The notes under the pieces: generated by a model
What the model was told of the DNA's origin: nothing
Databases searched by the model: none
The model's input: the letters and a program-made list of their open reading frames with translations, nothing else
Assembly: GCA_030824965.1 (NCBI GenBank)
Contig: JAPJQV010000009.1
Span: forward strand, 7,164 to 71,163
Origin: Micavibrio sp.
Lineage (GTDB): Bacteria; Pseudomonadota; Alphaproteobacteria; Micavibrionales; Micavibrionaceae
DNA: 64,000 nt
Direction: 5' to 3'
Shown: in pieces, positions 38,173-47,766 of the stretch
Numbering within the stretch: the stretch's first letter is position 1
Layout: each line of letters opens with the position of its first letter
Position numbers and translations under genes: made by a program

Positions 38173-39329
38173 CTCCGCCTCGCAGGAGATGGTTTGAAAT
38201 CGTCGATAATTCGGTCATAAAGTTTTTCGAGCGCTTCGGTCTGCACCCTGATATCGAATTTTTCCGCGACAAATTCCGGCGCGGCTTTCGCCATGGCGTT
38301 GCGTTTATCTGGGTCGTCGATTAAAACCATGATGGCTTTTGCGAATTGGTCGACATTGCCTTCATCGCATAAAATACCGGTAACGCCATTTTCCATGGCT
38401 TCCGGCACCCCGCCGGAACTGAAAGCGATGACAGGCAATCCCGCCCACTGGGCTTCCGCCACGACAAGGCCGAAAGCCTCGGTCTGGCCGTTCTCCATGT
38501 GCATCGACGTATGGCAGAGAATATCGCTGTTTCTCATCATAACCATCATTTTCGCGTATGAAACCGCACCATGAAATGTGTAATTGTGAAGAAGTTGAGC
38601 GGCTTTTTCTTCAAGGCTCTGTTTAAGCGGACCGTCGCCCGCAATCTCAAGGCTGACATGATATCCGGCTTTCTGAACGATAGAGACAGCCTCGATCAGT
38701 CTCTCATGGCCTTTGAACGGGACTAAACGTCCGGCGGCAAACAGGCGAAGAGGATCGCCTGCATTGCGCGGTTTTTTGCCTTCTTTGAAAATGCCGAGCG
38801 GGATCCCCATATAGTGCACATGGCATTTCTCGGCCGGAAAGCCGAATTCGATGGCGCGTTTTTTCACATATTCGGAAACGCAGATAAAGGCCGAAGCGCG
38901 GCTGGCGAGAACATGGCGGTTTCTGGCGTAGAGAAATTGCAGCAGACCGTCTTTCTTGATGGTAATGTCACGTTTTAAGACATCGAAACCGTGCAGCGTG
39001 ACGATCAAGGGTCTTTTGGCGCGTTCCGCCGGACCGCTGGCCAGCCATCCGCTCGGGCCGAAATGCGCATGCACGATATCGGCGCTTTTGAATATCGTCT
39101 GGAAAAACTGGCTTTGTCCGGTCAGCTTGAACAAAGCTTCTTCGATTTTATCCTGAAGGCTGCCGCTCTTGTTTAAAATCAATTCAGGCAATTTTATATC
39201 GGCGGATGGATGGGCCTTACGGCAGGCAACAAGTCTGGGCTCGAAGCGACGTAGCGTTTTTGCCTGATGCGCGACGAATATTTCACTCAAAGGCAGGCAT
39301 TGGTTGAGAAAGATCGCTACTTTGCGCAT
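38169..39329 (-). CDS. glycosyltransferase family 4
   Basis: EAFGLVVAEAQWAGLPVIAFSSGGVPEAMENGVTGIL. Confidence 0.8.
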   Translation of the reverse strand: MRKVAIFLNQCLPLSEIFVAHQAKTLRRFEPRLVACRKAHPSADIKLPELILNKSGSLQDKIEEALFKLTGQSQFFQTIFKSADIVHAHFGPSGWLASGPAERAKRPLIVTLHGFDVLKRDITIKKDGLLQFLYARNRHVLASRASAFICVSEYVKKRAIEFGFPAEKCHVHYMGIPLGIFKEGKKPRNAGDPLRLFAAGRLVPFKGHERLIEAVSIVQKAGYHVSLEIAGDGPLKQSLEEKAAQLLHNYTFHGAVSYAKMMVMMRNSDILCHTSMHMENGQTEAFGLVVAEAQWAGLPVIAFSSGGVPEAMENGVTGILCDEGNVDQFAKAIMVLIDDPDKRNAMAKAAPEFVAEKFDIRVQTEALEKLYDRIIDDFKPSPARRR

Positions 39330-39332
39330 GAT

Positions 39333-40274
39333 TTATCGCTGGCTTGCAGGTGAGGCGCTGCCCATGATCGCATGGCGCTGCTGAAACGCCCATTCCGCCG
39401 CTTCGCCTTTGCCGTGTGTCAACGCACGCATTTGGTAACTCTGTATGAATTTGGTCAGGTCTTTATCGCCAAATCTTTTCTCATTATCCCATGCCGCCTT
39501 GATATAGCCGAAGATGGAATAAAGCGTGCCGATGACATAGGGCTTCTGCCTGAAACTGCGGAACGCCGAACTGGCCAGAAAGAATATCGGATGGGTGCCG
39601 ATCAGGTATTGGCCTTTACCATGACGGATACGGCCTTTATTGATGTTTTTCTGGCTCGAACCCATCGGGCGCAAGTGAATGAATTGCAATTCAGGTTCAT
39701 CCCAGCTCAGCGCGCGCCATCCGAACCAGCGCGAACGGTGGCAATCATATCCATCCCAGCCGACCTCACTGACAAAACCGCCGATCTGTTCGAAACATTC
39801 ACGGCGGTAAAATTTCGTCATGCCGACTGACGCTTCATCCCCGCATAACTCGCTGCGGCGTTCGCCGGTTTTACTGTCGATGAAATAGGCCTTGCCGCTG
39901 CCCGTGCCCAGCAAAGGGTCCTGATCCATCTTCTGCAAAAGAATTTCGAAATAATGGGGCGGCAGATCGAGATCGACGTCGAATTTACAGACGAAGTCAT
40001 AGGCAACATCGATTTGATGATAGCCTTCATTGAAAGCCAGAATGACGCCGGGTCCGACATTGCGCTTTGCACTCGCTTCACGGCGCACGATTTTAATGAA
40101 GGGCATGGTCGGCAAATAACGCTCCACGATCTCCATGCTGTCATCCGTAGACCCGTCATCGACAATGATCCATTGCACTGGTTTGATCGTCTGGTTTTGA
40201 ACCGAGATCAGGGTTTTCTCAATATATTTTCCCTCGTCTTTACAGGGGGAGACTAGAACATAGGCTGTTTTCAT
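39333..40274 (-). CDS. glycosyltransferase family 2
   Basis: YVLVSPCKDEGKYIEKTL ... WIIVDDGSTDDS. Confidence 0.75.
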   Translation of the reverse strand: MKTAYVLVSPCKDEGKYIEKTLISVQNQTIKPVQWIIVDDGSTDDSMEIVERYLPTMPFIKIVRREASAKRNVGPGVILAFNEGYHQIDVAYDFVCKFDVDLDLPPHYFEILLQKMDQDPLLGTGSGKAYFIDSKTGERRSELCGDEASVGMTKFYRRECFEQIGGFVSEVGWDGYDCHRSRWFGWRALSWDEPELQFIHLRPMGSSQKNINKGRIRHGKGQYLIGTHPIFFLASSAFRSFRQKPYVIGTLYSIFGYIKAAWDNEKRFGDKDLTKFIQSYQMRALTHGKGEAAEWAFQQRHAIMGSASPASQR

Positions 40275-40334
40275 AGGGTATAGTTTTATTGCCTAAAACC
40301 TTGTGATGCAACGCAATAATCGTTAATTTGGCGA

Positions 40335-41072
40335 ATGACTTCGTCCTTGAATACCGACCGCATATTACCTCTGCTCGAAAAAACCGTGCAGGATTCACGC
40401 AACTGGAATATCCCGGGAAATCCGGCTGCGGATAAACCCGTGACGCTGAGCTTTTTAAACCAGCATGGCGTGAATACTGCCGTCCGGAATAATGAATTTT
40501 ACCGTTTTTTGATGGGGAGCGATTACTTGTTACGGGATGGAATAGGGGTAAAGCTCGCGCTGAAACTATTCAGGCTGGGACATGTCGAAAATCTCAACGG
40601 CACCGATCTGATTTCAATTCTGGTTCATCATTATTCGGGCCGAAAAATTGCGATCTTCGGGGCGTCGGCGGAAACGATAAATGCCTGCCGTCATCGCCTT
40701 GAAAAAGAGGGCGTAACGAATATCGTCGTGATGGAACACGGTTTCCACGAAGATAATTTTTATCTAAGGCTTTGCGAAAATGTCAGGCCGGAAATCGTTA
40801 TTTTATGCATGGGGATGCCAAGACAGGAAATTCTGGCTGGTAAGCTTGAAAAAATGAAGTTGGCGGGATTGATTGTGTGCGGCGGCGGCTGGGCGGATTT
40901 TTATTCAGGGATTAAAGTCCGTGCGCCGGAATGGATGCGAAAATTATCGCTGGAATGGCTGCATCGCTTGATAATGGAGCCCAGACGCCTTGGAAAGCGG
41001 TATACTATCGATATTATCTATTATTTTTACCTGCTGGCGCGTGTTTATGCCAGTTCAAGGCTGACGAGATAA
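40335..41072 (+). CDS. WecB/TagA/CpsF-family glycosyltransferase (GT26)
   Basis: GMPRQE and EWLHRLIMEPRRLGKRY signatures of the WecB/TagA family. Confidence 0.8.
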   Translation: MTSSLNTDRILPLLEKTVQDSRNWNIPGNPAADKPVTLSFLNQHGVNTAVRNNEFYRFLMGSDYLLRDGIGVKLALKLFRLGHVENLNGTDLISILVHHYSGRKIAIFGASAETINACRHRLEKEGVTNIVVMEHGFHEDNFYLRLCENVRPEIVILCMGMPRQEILAGKLEKMKLAGLIVCGGGWADFYSGIKVRAPEWMRKLSLEWLHRLIMEPRRLGKRYTIDIIYYFYLLARVYASSRLTR

Positions 41073-42006
41073 TATCGTCGATATTCGTATATTGCGGCTC
41101 CCAGTTTAAAAGCTCTTTCGCTTTTCTGTTATCGGCGACCAGTCTTGCCGGATCGCCCACGCGGCGTGGGTGGAAACTATGCGGGACGGCATGACCAAGT
41201 TTTTCAAAAGACGCGATGATTTCCTTAACGGATATTCCCTTGCTATTGCCGAGATTGCAAATAAAAGGATCGGCCCCGCTCAGTAGCTTATTCACCGCAA
41301 GAACATGTGCCGACGCAAGGTCCATGACATGAACGTAATCGCGAATGGCGGTGCCATCAGGTGTCGGGTAATCGTCACCGTAGATTTGCAATGGCGGGAT
41401 ATTCCCAAAGGAAGCAAGACAGGCGCGGGGAATAAGATGGGTTTCAGGATCATGCGCTTCGCCGATATCGCCGTCGAGCGATGCACCACAGGCATTGAAA
41501 TAGCGCAAGACGCCATAGGCGGGCCCGCCGGTTTTGTAAAAATCTTTAAGCAATTCCTCGAAGAAAAGTTTTGATCTTCCATAAGGATTTTTTGGGATGG
41601 TATCTTCACTTTCTGAAATAAGCGTAGTTTGCTCGCCGCCATATACTGCCGCCGTCGATGAAAAAACGAAACTCTTGATCCCGTTTTCTTTCAGGCATCT
41701 CATAAATGGAATTTTTCGGGCGACATTATTTTCGTAGTATTTGAGTGGATCCGAAACGGATTCTCCAACTTCGATGGAGCCGGACAGATCGATGACAGCC
41801 TTAATACGATATTTTTTTATTGCTTCTGAGACGGCATCAATATCATCTACGGAAGCTTCAATCAGATCGCCCCATTTGACGAAGTCGCGATGGCCTGCCG
41901 ATAAATTGTCCAGAACAACCGGTTTATATCCGTTAGCGGAAAGCGCTTTGCAGACATGGGAGCCGATATAACCGGCTCCTCCCGCAACTAGAATTGATGT
42001 ATCCAT
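41014..42006 (-). CDS. galE: UDP-glucose 4-epimerase (330 aa from internal ATG; ORF track 42042)
   Basis: ILVAGGAGYIGSH Rossmann motif plus YxxxK-region similarity to GalE; the 3' end overlaps the convergent WecB-family gene by 59 nt. Confidence 0.8.
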   Translation of the reverse strand: MDTSILVAGGAGYIGSHVCKALSANGYKPVVLDNLSAGHRDFVKWGDLIEASVDDIDAVSEAIKKYRIKAVIDLSGSIEVGESVSDPLKYYENNVARKIPFMRCLKENGIKSFVFSSTAAVYGGEQTTLISESEDTIPKNPYGRSKLFFEELLKDFYKTGGPAYGVLRYFNACGASLDGDIGEAHDPETHLIPRACLASFGNIPPLQIYGDDYPTPDGTAIRDYVHVMDLASAHVLAVNKLLSGADPFICNLGNSKGISVKEIIASFEKLGHAVPHSFHPRRVGDPARLVADNRKAKELLNWEPQYTNIDDIISSALNWHKHAPAGKNNR

Positions 42007-42053
42007 GCGAGGCTTAATATACAAGCCCGGACCAAAAAACAAACCCTAAAACG

Positions 42054-43418
42054 TCAGGGTTTTACGCCCAGCGCCCATGTATTGACCAAAGCTGACATCC
42101 TTGTGACCATGCCGCTTGCCGGATGAACGGAATCCGCTGTGGGGAAATTCACGGCTCCATTCGTATACCATTTACCCGGATTGGCCGGATCATCCGTGAC
42201 CGCTGCGATATCGATGATATCGTCGACCAGCCCGTTGCTCGGTAGCGTGCGCAGCCATGCATTATACTGATCCCGCTTTCCGCCTGGGACAAAAGCCGCT
42301 TTATGCGTCTGTCCTGCCGCATCGATCCAGCCATTGCTACTGGTTGTGGAAGGGCAAAGGGTCACAACCGTCACATGGAGCGGCTTGCCATAGGGACCGA
42401 TTGTTCTTTTCAGTTCGTTTAGTATGGATGTGATGTCCGCCTGCATTTGTGCCACCGTTCCGGCACTTAGATCGTTATAGCCGGTTTCCAATATCGCATG
42501 TGTGCAGTATTGCCAGATATCGCGGGATTTCGGATAATATTGCAGTTTCTGGCTGGATAATCTGATGCCCGGAACGGCTTGGAAATGCCAGGGAAGGGGG
42601 TATCCGTTCACGTTGGCCAATCCTCGGGCGATGAAACCGTTATTACCGTAAGCATCGGCAGCGGCATCGCCCACGCCTGCCGCGATGGAATCGCCGATTA
42701 CAAGGATTGAAGGCATCGGATTTTTGGGAATACCGATAATCGCTGGAACATGATGGCGGCAAAAGGAAGTTATGCCGCTAGCTGGCGTCGTTAAAGCGCC
42801 GGTATTGGCAACTTGTGAGGTATCTGCTGGCGAAAGCACGTTAGAGGCGCCATACATCGGCCGCGCGGAATTGGGAAACTTACCTGCGGCATCTGCAATC
42901 ACGATATTCTGGCGGCTGTAAATAGTCGATCCTGCCGCAACGCCCATGATTAGAGGATCGGATAAAGTCAAAGGATTGCCGTTTTCGATAGCGGCGCTTT
43001 TTTCGCCTCTGAAAAATACCTGTCTGGTCATTGCGGGAGAGGCCGTTTCAATCCCTGCTTCCCAGACAAATGAATTACCGAGATCTTTTTCCGGCGCGTT
43101 GGTATCGAATTCAGTCCAGTATCCGACCATGCCGATCTGGATATGGCTTACATCCTGCGGCCCGACTATGTGACCCTGACGAACCTGTTGTTGTATATCC
43201 GCCCGCCCGCCGGTATTACCGGCACGTATACCGGCTGGAAGCTGGGTCTGCGTGCAGATTATCTGTGGCTTACGCACAGCCATTGTCGTTCTTATTTCAC
43301 TGACGCTGGCTTTATAATCGCTATCCGTCGACGGACGTACGATATAGGCAATATCTGAATCGTTTAAACCTCCCGCGGTTGAAATGCCGGGGAGGTTTTC
43401 CAAAGTCGTATCTGTCAT
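42054..43418 (-). CDS. SGNH/GDSL-hydrolase-domain protein (454 aa) with a roughly 230-aa N-terminal region of unknown function; no signal peptide
   Basis: ILVIGDSIAAGVGD block I of SGNH hydrolases in the C-terminal half; the N-terminus MTDTTLENLPGIST... is not hydrophobic. Confidence 0.7.
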   Translation of the reverse strand: MTDTTLENLPGISTAGGLNDSDIAYIVRPSTDSDYKASVSEIRTTMAVRKPQIICTQTQLPAGIRAGNTGGRADIQQQVRQGHIVGPQDVSHIQIGMVGYWTEFDTNAPEKDLGNSFVWEAGIETASPAMTRQVFFRGEKSAAIENGNPLTLSDPLIMGVAAGSTIYSRQNIVIADAAGKFPNSARPMYGASNVLSPADTSQVANTGALTTPASGITSFCRHHVPAIIGIPKNPMPSILVIGDSIAAGVGDAAADAYGNNGFIARGLANVNGYPLPWHFQAVPGIRLSSQKLQYYPKSRDIWQYCTHAILETGYNDLSAGTVAQMQADITSILNELKRTIGPYGKPLHVTVVTLCPSTTSSNGWIDAAGQTHKAAFVPGGKRDQYNAWLRTLPSNGLVDDIIDIAAVTDDPANPGKWYTNGAVNFPTADSVHPASGMVTRMSALVNTWALGVKP

Positions 43419-43691
43419 TTATGTTCCTATGTCTTGGCTAAGTTTAAAAATCCATTCCCGGTTGCCCGCAGTAAAAAACCGCCTGAGGCAAATCTAAGGG
43501 AAGGCATGTGAAGTGAAGCGGCAGCAACGCGCCGAAGGCCGAGTATTAGCATATTTTAGTTTTCCGCTTTTAATATGAGATTATGTGCCGCTCGTTAAGA
43601 GTTATGGCCGAGAAATAAGAGACGTAATGCGACCCTTGATTAGCGTCACATTACCAAACAAGCTCAAAAAAGGCAAGGAAAATATTCCTTT

Positions 43692-45392
43692 CTAGAAGCT
43701 TGAATTTAATGTAGCATGTAAATCAGCAAGATGGTTAGAGAGGTCGGTAAAACTCGCTCCGTAGCTACTCTGACTAGTTGCCCCAATCGAATGGTTTTCA
43801 TTGCCGTAAAAGATATTATGCTGATCGCTTTCCAGTACATCTTCGAGTTTTGGCCAAGTTTTTTCAACCACGACAGGTTTTGACAAAAGGCTTTCCGGCA
43901 CGTCCGCGCTGGTAAAAGTAGCTGTTGCGTTCGAGCTGAAGAACATCGCGTTGCTTTCTTTCTTCAGATAAAAAATGTCCTGTGTCAGATCGGCTGATTT
44001 TAAGTTCAGCGCAGTACCATCCAGCGAAACAGAATGCACATATAAGTTTCTGTCGCCGACACCGGGCTTATTTTTATCGTTATCAAATCTAATACCGAAA
44101 CTATCGCCAGCAATGAAAGAAGGAATTTCAAAAGTCAGGGTTTGTTTTCCGCCGACAGCTTTCAAAGCCGTTACTTCCTGTTGAGCGACAACTACGCCAT
44201 TTACCAATAGCTTTAAGATTGGAGCACCGTCAAACTGTGAACCTGAGGCGACAATTGTAATTGTCTTTGGCGGAGGCAAAAGAACAGCAGGTTTAGCGGC
44301 AATCGTTTCTGGCACATGAATGTTATTTTCGCTTGTCAGGCCAGATGTATTGCTTCCTGCTGCATAAACAAAATTTCCTGGCTTATCGGATGTATTGTTT
44401 TCAAACGATCCGCTCGCGATATTTACGCCATTGAGGGCAAGAGGGGCTTTCGTCCAGTCATGAAACTCGTTACCTGAAATCTCGAGATTGTTGACCGTCA
44501 TATTCCCGGCAGTTGTGTTTTTCCCGTCAATATTGATATCGCGGTTTGCATTGTAGAACTGATTGTTATTAATATCGATATTCTTTACGTTATCGCCGGT
44601 TGCCTGATCGATAATCATGACATTCGAAGACCATGAATATTTCGTGTGATCCTTTACGACGTTGTCTTCAACGACCACATTATTAGCGGACAGGCTCATG
44701 CCGAAACTCCCGCCTTGCATGTAATTGTCATGCGCATAAAGCCCGTCGCCTTGGTAAACCAGGTTGCCCTTGGTCGTATTCGACGCTTCGTCGATAGTCA
44801 GTATATTGCCGGCAATCAGGGTATTGTTTCCAACGATCTGAATGTTATCGGCATTCGCACCCGTCACGTTTAAGAACTCGCTATTGACGATGGCAACGTT
44901 ATTCATGGATGTCATATATATTCCATCGCCATGGGAATTTGTAACTGTATTGTTCTGGAACAAAATATTTGAAGATTTTGTCCAGTTAAGCGAGCCAAGA
45001 TTATTGCTTCCGCCGACATTGTCGAATGTGACATTTCGAATAACCCAGTTATTGGCGTTCCACCCATACATGCCTACGCCCGATGTCTGAAATTCTATAT
45101 TTTCAACGATAAAATAATTTGAATTGGTTGCCGTGATACCTTGTCCGGTATCGGAGCTTAAGATAGGCGCATCGCCTGCACCATAGGCCGAGATGGTAAT
45201 CGGCATAGTCGCTGTACCGTAAACTTTATTGAATGTTAATGTCTGATCGAAATCCGATCCGCGTTCGAGCAGGATGGTATCTCCCGCCTTAATTTTCCCT
45301 GACAGCTTTGAAAAGCTATTCCATGCCTGATCTGCTGTTGTACCGCTGTTTGTATCGCTCCCCGATTTTGAACTTAGGTAGTATATTGTCAT
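43692..45392 (-). CDS. right-handed parallel beta-helix (PbH1 repeat) protein with a C-terminal carbohydrate-binding-module-like domain; putative glycanase/lyase; no signal peptide
   Basis: Repeats NNTVTNSHGDGIY, NNVAIVNSEF, NNVVVEDNVV etc.; C-terminal roughly 130-aa beta-sandwich-like segment (GDSFGIRFDNDKNKPGVGDRNLYVHSVSLDG). Confidence 0.7.
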   Translation of the reverse strand: MTIYYLSSKSGSDTNSGTTADQAWNSFSKLSGKIKAGDTILLERGSDFDQTLTFNKVYGTATMPITISAYGAGDAPILSSDTGQGITATNSNYFIVENIEFQTSGVGMYGWNANNWVIRNVTFDNVGGSNNLGSLNWTKSSNILFQNNTVTNSHGDGIYMTSMNNVAIVNSEFLNVTGANADNIQIVGNNTLIAGNILTIDEASNTTKGNLVYQGDGLYAHDNYMQGGSFGMSLSANNVVVEDNVVKDHTKYSWSSNVMIIDQATGDNVKNIDINNNQFYNANRDINIDGKNTTAGNMTVNNLEISGNEFHDWTKAPLALNGVNIASGSFENNTSDKPGNFVYAAGSNTSGLTSENNIHVPETIAAKPAVLLPPPKTITIVASGSQFDGAPILKLLVNGVVVAQQEVTALKAVGGKQTLTFEIPSFIAGDSFGIRFDNDKNKPGVGDRNLYVHSVSLDGTALNLKSADLTQDIFYLKKESNAMFFSSNATATFTSADVPESLLSKPVVVEKTWPKLEDVLESDQHNIFYGNENHSIGATSQSSYGASFTDLSNHLADLHATLNSSF

Positions 45393-45479
45393 TGATTAAC
45401 CCTTCTGGTTGAACCAGAAGAGAATATCAGTGACCTCTAAAATAGATGTAAATTATGTAAAGGATTTTATCTATCCGAA

Positions 45480-46289
45480 TCAGCTAATGAATCCGGAATA
45501 TAAAAGAATTAAAACAAGAATACCGACTACAATACGATAGTAACCAAATGGCTTAAAGCCATGCTTGCCCACGAAGTTAATCATCCAATTGACGACAATT
45601 AATGCTGAAAAGAAAGCGGCGATAGTACCGATGGCAAAATAGGGGAGGTCGGCCGAGCTTATAATTTCCCAATTCTGATACATATCGAACGCTGCCGCGC
45701 CGAAAATTGTTGGCATGGCGAGAAAGAACGAGAATTCGGCGGCTGTTCTCATTTCAACACCTAAAAGTCTTGCCCCTACAATTGAGGCACCGGCGCGGGA
45801 AATTCCTGGAATAAGGGCAGCCACTTGGCATAAACCAACGCCGAGTGCCGTTTTTAAAGACATCGATTCCATGTTTGTTATCAGAGGTGGCTTGGCGAGG
45901 CGTTCGGCAAAAAGCATAAAGATGCCGCCAACTATCAATCCTGTCGCCACAATCCATGGTGAGAATAGGACTTCCTTGATAAAACCATGAAGCAAGGCTC
46001 CGGCTATGGCGGCAGGCAAAAAGGCGATAAGAATTTTGGCGGCCAGAAGTTGTTCATCACGATCGCTGGGCAATCCTGCAATCATTCTGATGATGCGCAT
46101 TCGGCGCGCCCATATAACAGCAAGGATTGCACCGACTTGGATAAAGACATCGAAAACGCCGGCGGTTTCATGATGGCGCCCCAAAAGGGATTCGGTAATA
46201 ATTAAATGCCCCGTTGATGAAACCGGAATGAATTCAGTCAGGCCTTCGACGATGCCAAGAATAATACTTTCAATTATATTTTCGAACAT
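45480..46289 (-). CDS. uppP: undecaprenyl-diphosphate phosphatase
   Basis: LGIVEGLTEFIPVSSTGHLII and the second BacA motif region; 269 aa, 8 TM. Confidence 0.9.
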   Translation of the reverse strand: MFENIIESIILGIVEGLTEFIPVSSTGHLIITESLLGRHHETAGVFDVFIQVGAILAVIWARRMRIIRMIAGLPSDRDEQLLAAKILIAFLPAAIAGALLHGFIKEVLFSPWIVATGLIVGGIFMLFAERLAKPPLITNMESMSLKTALGVGLCQVAALIPGISRAGASIVGARLLGVEMRTAAEFSFFLAMPTIFGAAAFDMYQNWEIISSADLPYFAIGTIAAFFSALIVVNWMINFVGKHGFKPFGYYRIVVGILVLILLYSGFIS

Positions 46290-46353
46290 TTGATCCTTGC
46301 CGGTTTGCAGGCCGGATAATGGAGATTACGGCCCGATTTTGCAAGGCTGGACT

Positions 46354-47127
46354 TTAATTATCTATTCTCAAATAAACGGCGCATGCTTGTCCTGCTGTGC
46401 TGTTTTCATTGTAAGTTCCTGTCGAGCCATTTCTGTCCGTGCATGCATCGGCTCCGCCGACATGTGCCGCGCCGGCGCCCGAAGCGCGGACTATACCCGT
46501 TAAAGGTGAGCCGTCATCCATCTTGCGGTCTATCGAGGCTGCAGCGTTTGTCGATAAAACGGTTGCGTTAGGGCCTTCGAGTTCATTGCAGTTGACCGGG
46601 CAGTCATGGATTCGAATGATCCTGCCGCTAAAGGAAGTATCGTCGGATCCGGCGCCTGTGCCGACATTCTCGGCTACCGTATAGCCGCCGCCAAAAGGAC
46701 CAGCAGGAAAGGTTTGTCCCCAATCCATGACGTTAGCTCCGGGATTAATGCCACCGATAAGATCTGCCATGGCTAAATGTTTCCAAAATTGAGTGTTTTC
46801 CGAAGCGATGGTTTTATTTTGAAAATAATGCCAGGCATCAAGCTCTTCAGTGCCGATTTTCAAATTACCGTTGCCATCGTTGCAATTGTTTGCCGCGGTA
46901 CAGTTTGGAATCAATGTCGTTGCGGAGGTGATATCACCAGGCAGGCTTTTGTAGCTATCTTGGAAAGTATTGATTGCCGCCTGGAAGCTTTTTAAATCTT
47001 TGATAGTTCGCGCGACCTTGGAATTATTAATCAGTTCCTGACCTTTAAGGACACCGCCAATCAAAAGGCCAATAATGATCATGACGATAGAAAGCTCGAC
47101 AAGTGTGAAACCGTTTTTCTTATTCAA
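46354..47127 (-). CDS. prepilin-type N-terminal cleavage/methylation-domain protein (type IV pilin / pseudopilin-like, 257 aa, Cys-rich C-terminal domain)
   Basis: MNKKNGFTLVELSIVMIIIGLLIGGV: class III signal peptide with G/FTLxE. Confidence 0.8.
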   Translation of the reverse strand: MNKKNGFTLVELSIVMIIIGLLIGGVLKGQELINNSKVARTIKDLKSFQAAINTFQDSYKSLPGDITSATTLIPNCTAANNCNDGNGNLKIGTEELDAWHYFQNKTIASENTQFWKHLAMADLIGGINPGANVMDWGQTFPAGPFGGGYTVAENVGTGAGSDDTSFSGRIIRIHDCPVNCNELEGPNATVLSTNAAASIDRKMDDGSPLTGIVRASGAGAAHVGGADACTDRNGSTGTYNENSTAGQACAVYLRIDN

Positions 47128-47198
47128 AAGAAGTCCCCAATAATTATAAATTTATATCAGGCTTACCGTAACAAATTTAGATAGATAGATAAAATGAA

Positions 47199-47225
47199 AA
47201 AGGACGCAATGAAGCGTCCTTTTTG
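47199..47225. terminator. rho-independent terminator downstream of the ferritin-like gene (GGACGC-aatgaa-GCGTCC plus flanking A/T runs)
   Basis: Read from sequence; A-run before and T-run after the hairpin. Confidence 0.55.
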
Positions 47226-47244
47226 ATTCAATTTTAGGAAGGAA

Positions 47245-47766
47245 TTAAGCCGCTTTTTTGGATGGCAATTCCGCAGCCTGATTAACGCCGCTTTCGGCCA
47301 TTTGAGTCAGCGCTACATCTGTTTTCTTTTCCTGATCAAGGATGGAAGTTAAAAGTTTTGCCTGTTGCTTATAGCCAAGCTCGTTGGCCCAGCATACAAG
47401 CGTTCCATAGGTTGCGATTTCATAATGCTCGACTTTTTGGGCGGCGGCGATCATACCAGCTGTCATGACGGCATCCTGACCTTCAAAATCGGACATCAGC
47501 TCTTCGGCTTCTTCGATAATACCCAGAATAGCAGGGCATTTTTTACCTTTGATTTTAATGTCCAGCGATGTCATCACCTGCTCAAGCTTTTCGATCTGGG
47601 TTGCGGTTTCTTCCTGATGTTTCTGAAAAGCTGCGGATGCTTTTGCATCAGGAGCTTTTTTGACCATTTTGCCAAGGGCTTTATAGATTTTGCCTTCCGC
47701 AAAATAAATGTCATGAAGTTGCTCTTCAAAAAGATCCGCAAGGGTTTTTTCTTTTGATTTTGCCAT
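47245..47766 (-). CDS. ferritin-like DUF892 (YciE/YciF-type) stress protein (173 aa from ATG 47766)
   Basis: TLADLFEEQLHDIYFAEGKIYKAL ... VEHYEIATYGTL is typical of the DUF892 ferritin-like family; SD-like AAAGGTG upstream of the ATG. Confidence 0.7.
   Translation of the reverse strand: MAKSKEKTLADLFEEQLHDIYFAEGKIYKALGKMVKKAPDAKASAAFQKHQEETATQIEKLEQVMTSLDIKIKGKKCPAILGIIEEAEELMSDFEGQDAVMTAGMIAAAQKVEHYEIATYGTLVCWANELGYKQQAKLLTSILDQEKKTDVALTQMAESGVNQAAELPSKKAA

Noticed and set aside
36359-40256. Plus-strand ORFs 36359-36712, 36777-37076, 37198-37902, 38293-38574, 39372-39830 and 39954-40256 inside the minus-strand GT genes
   Set aside because: Antisense to well-supported glycosyltransferase CDSs with clear family motifs; none has an independent start context.
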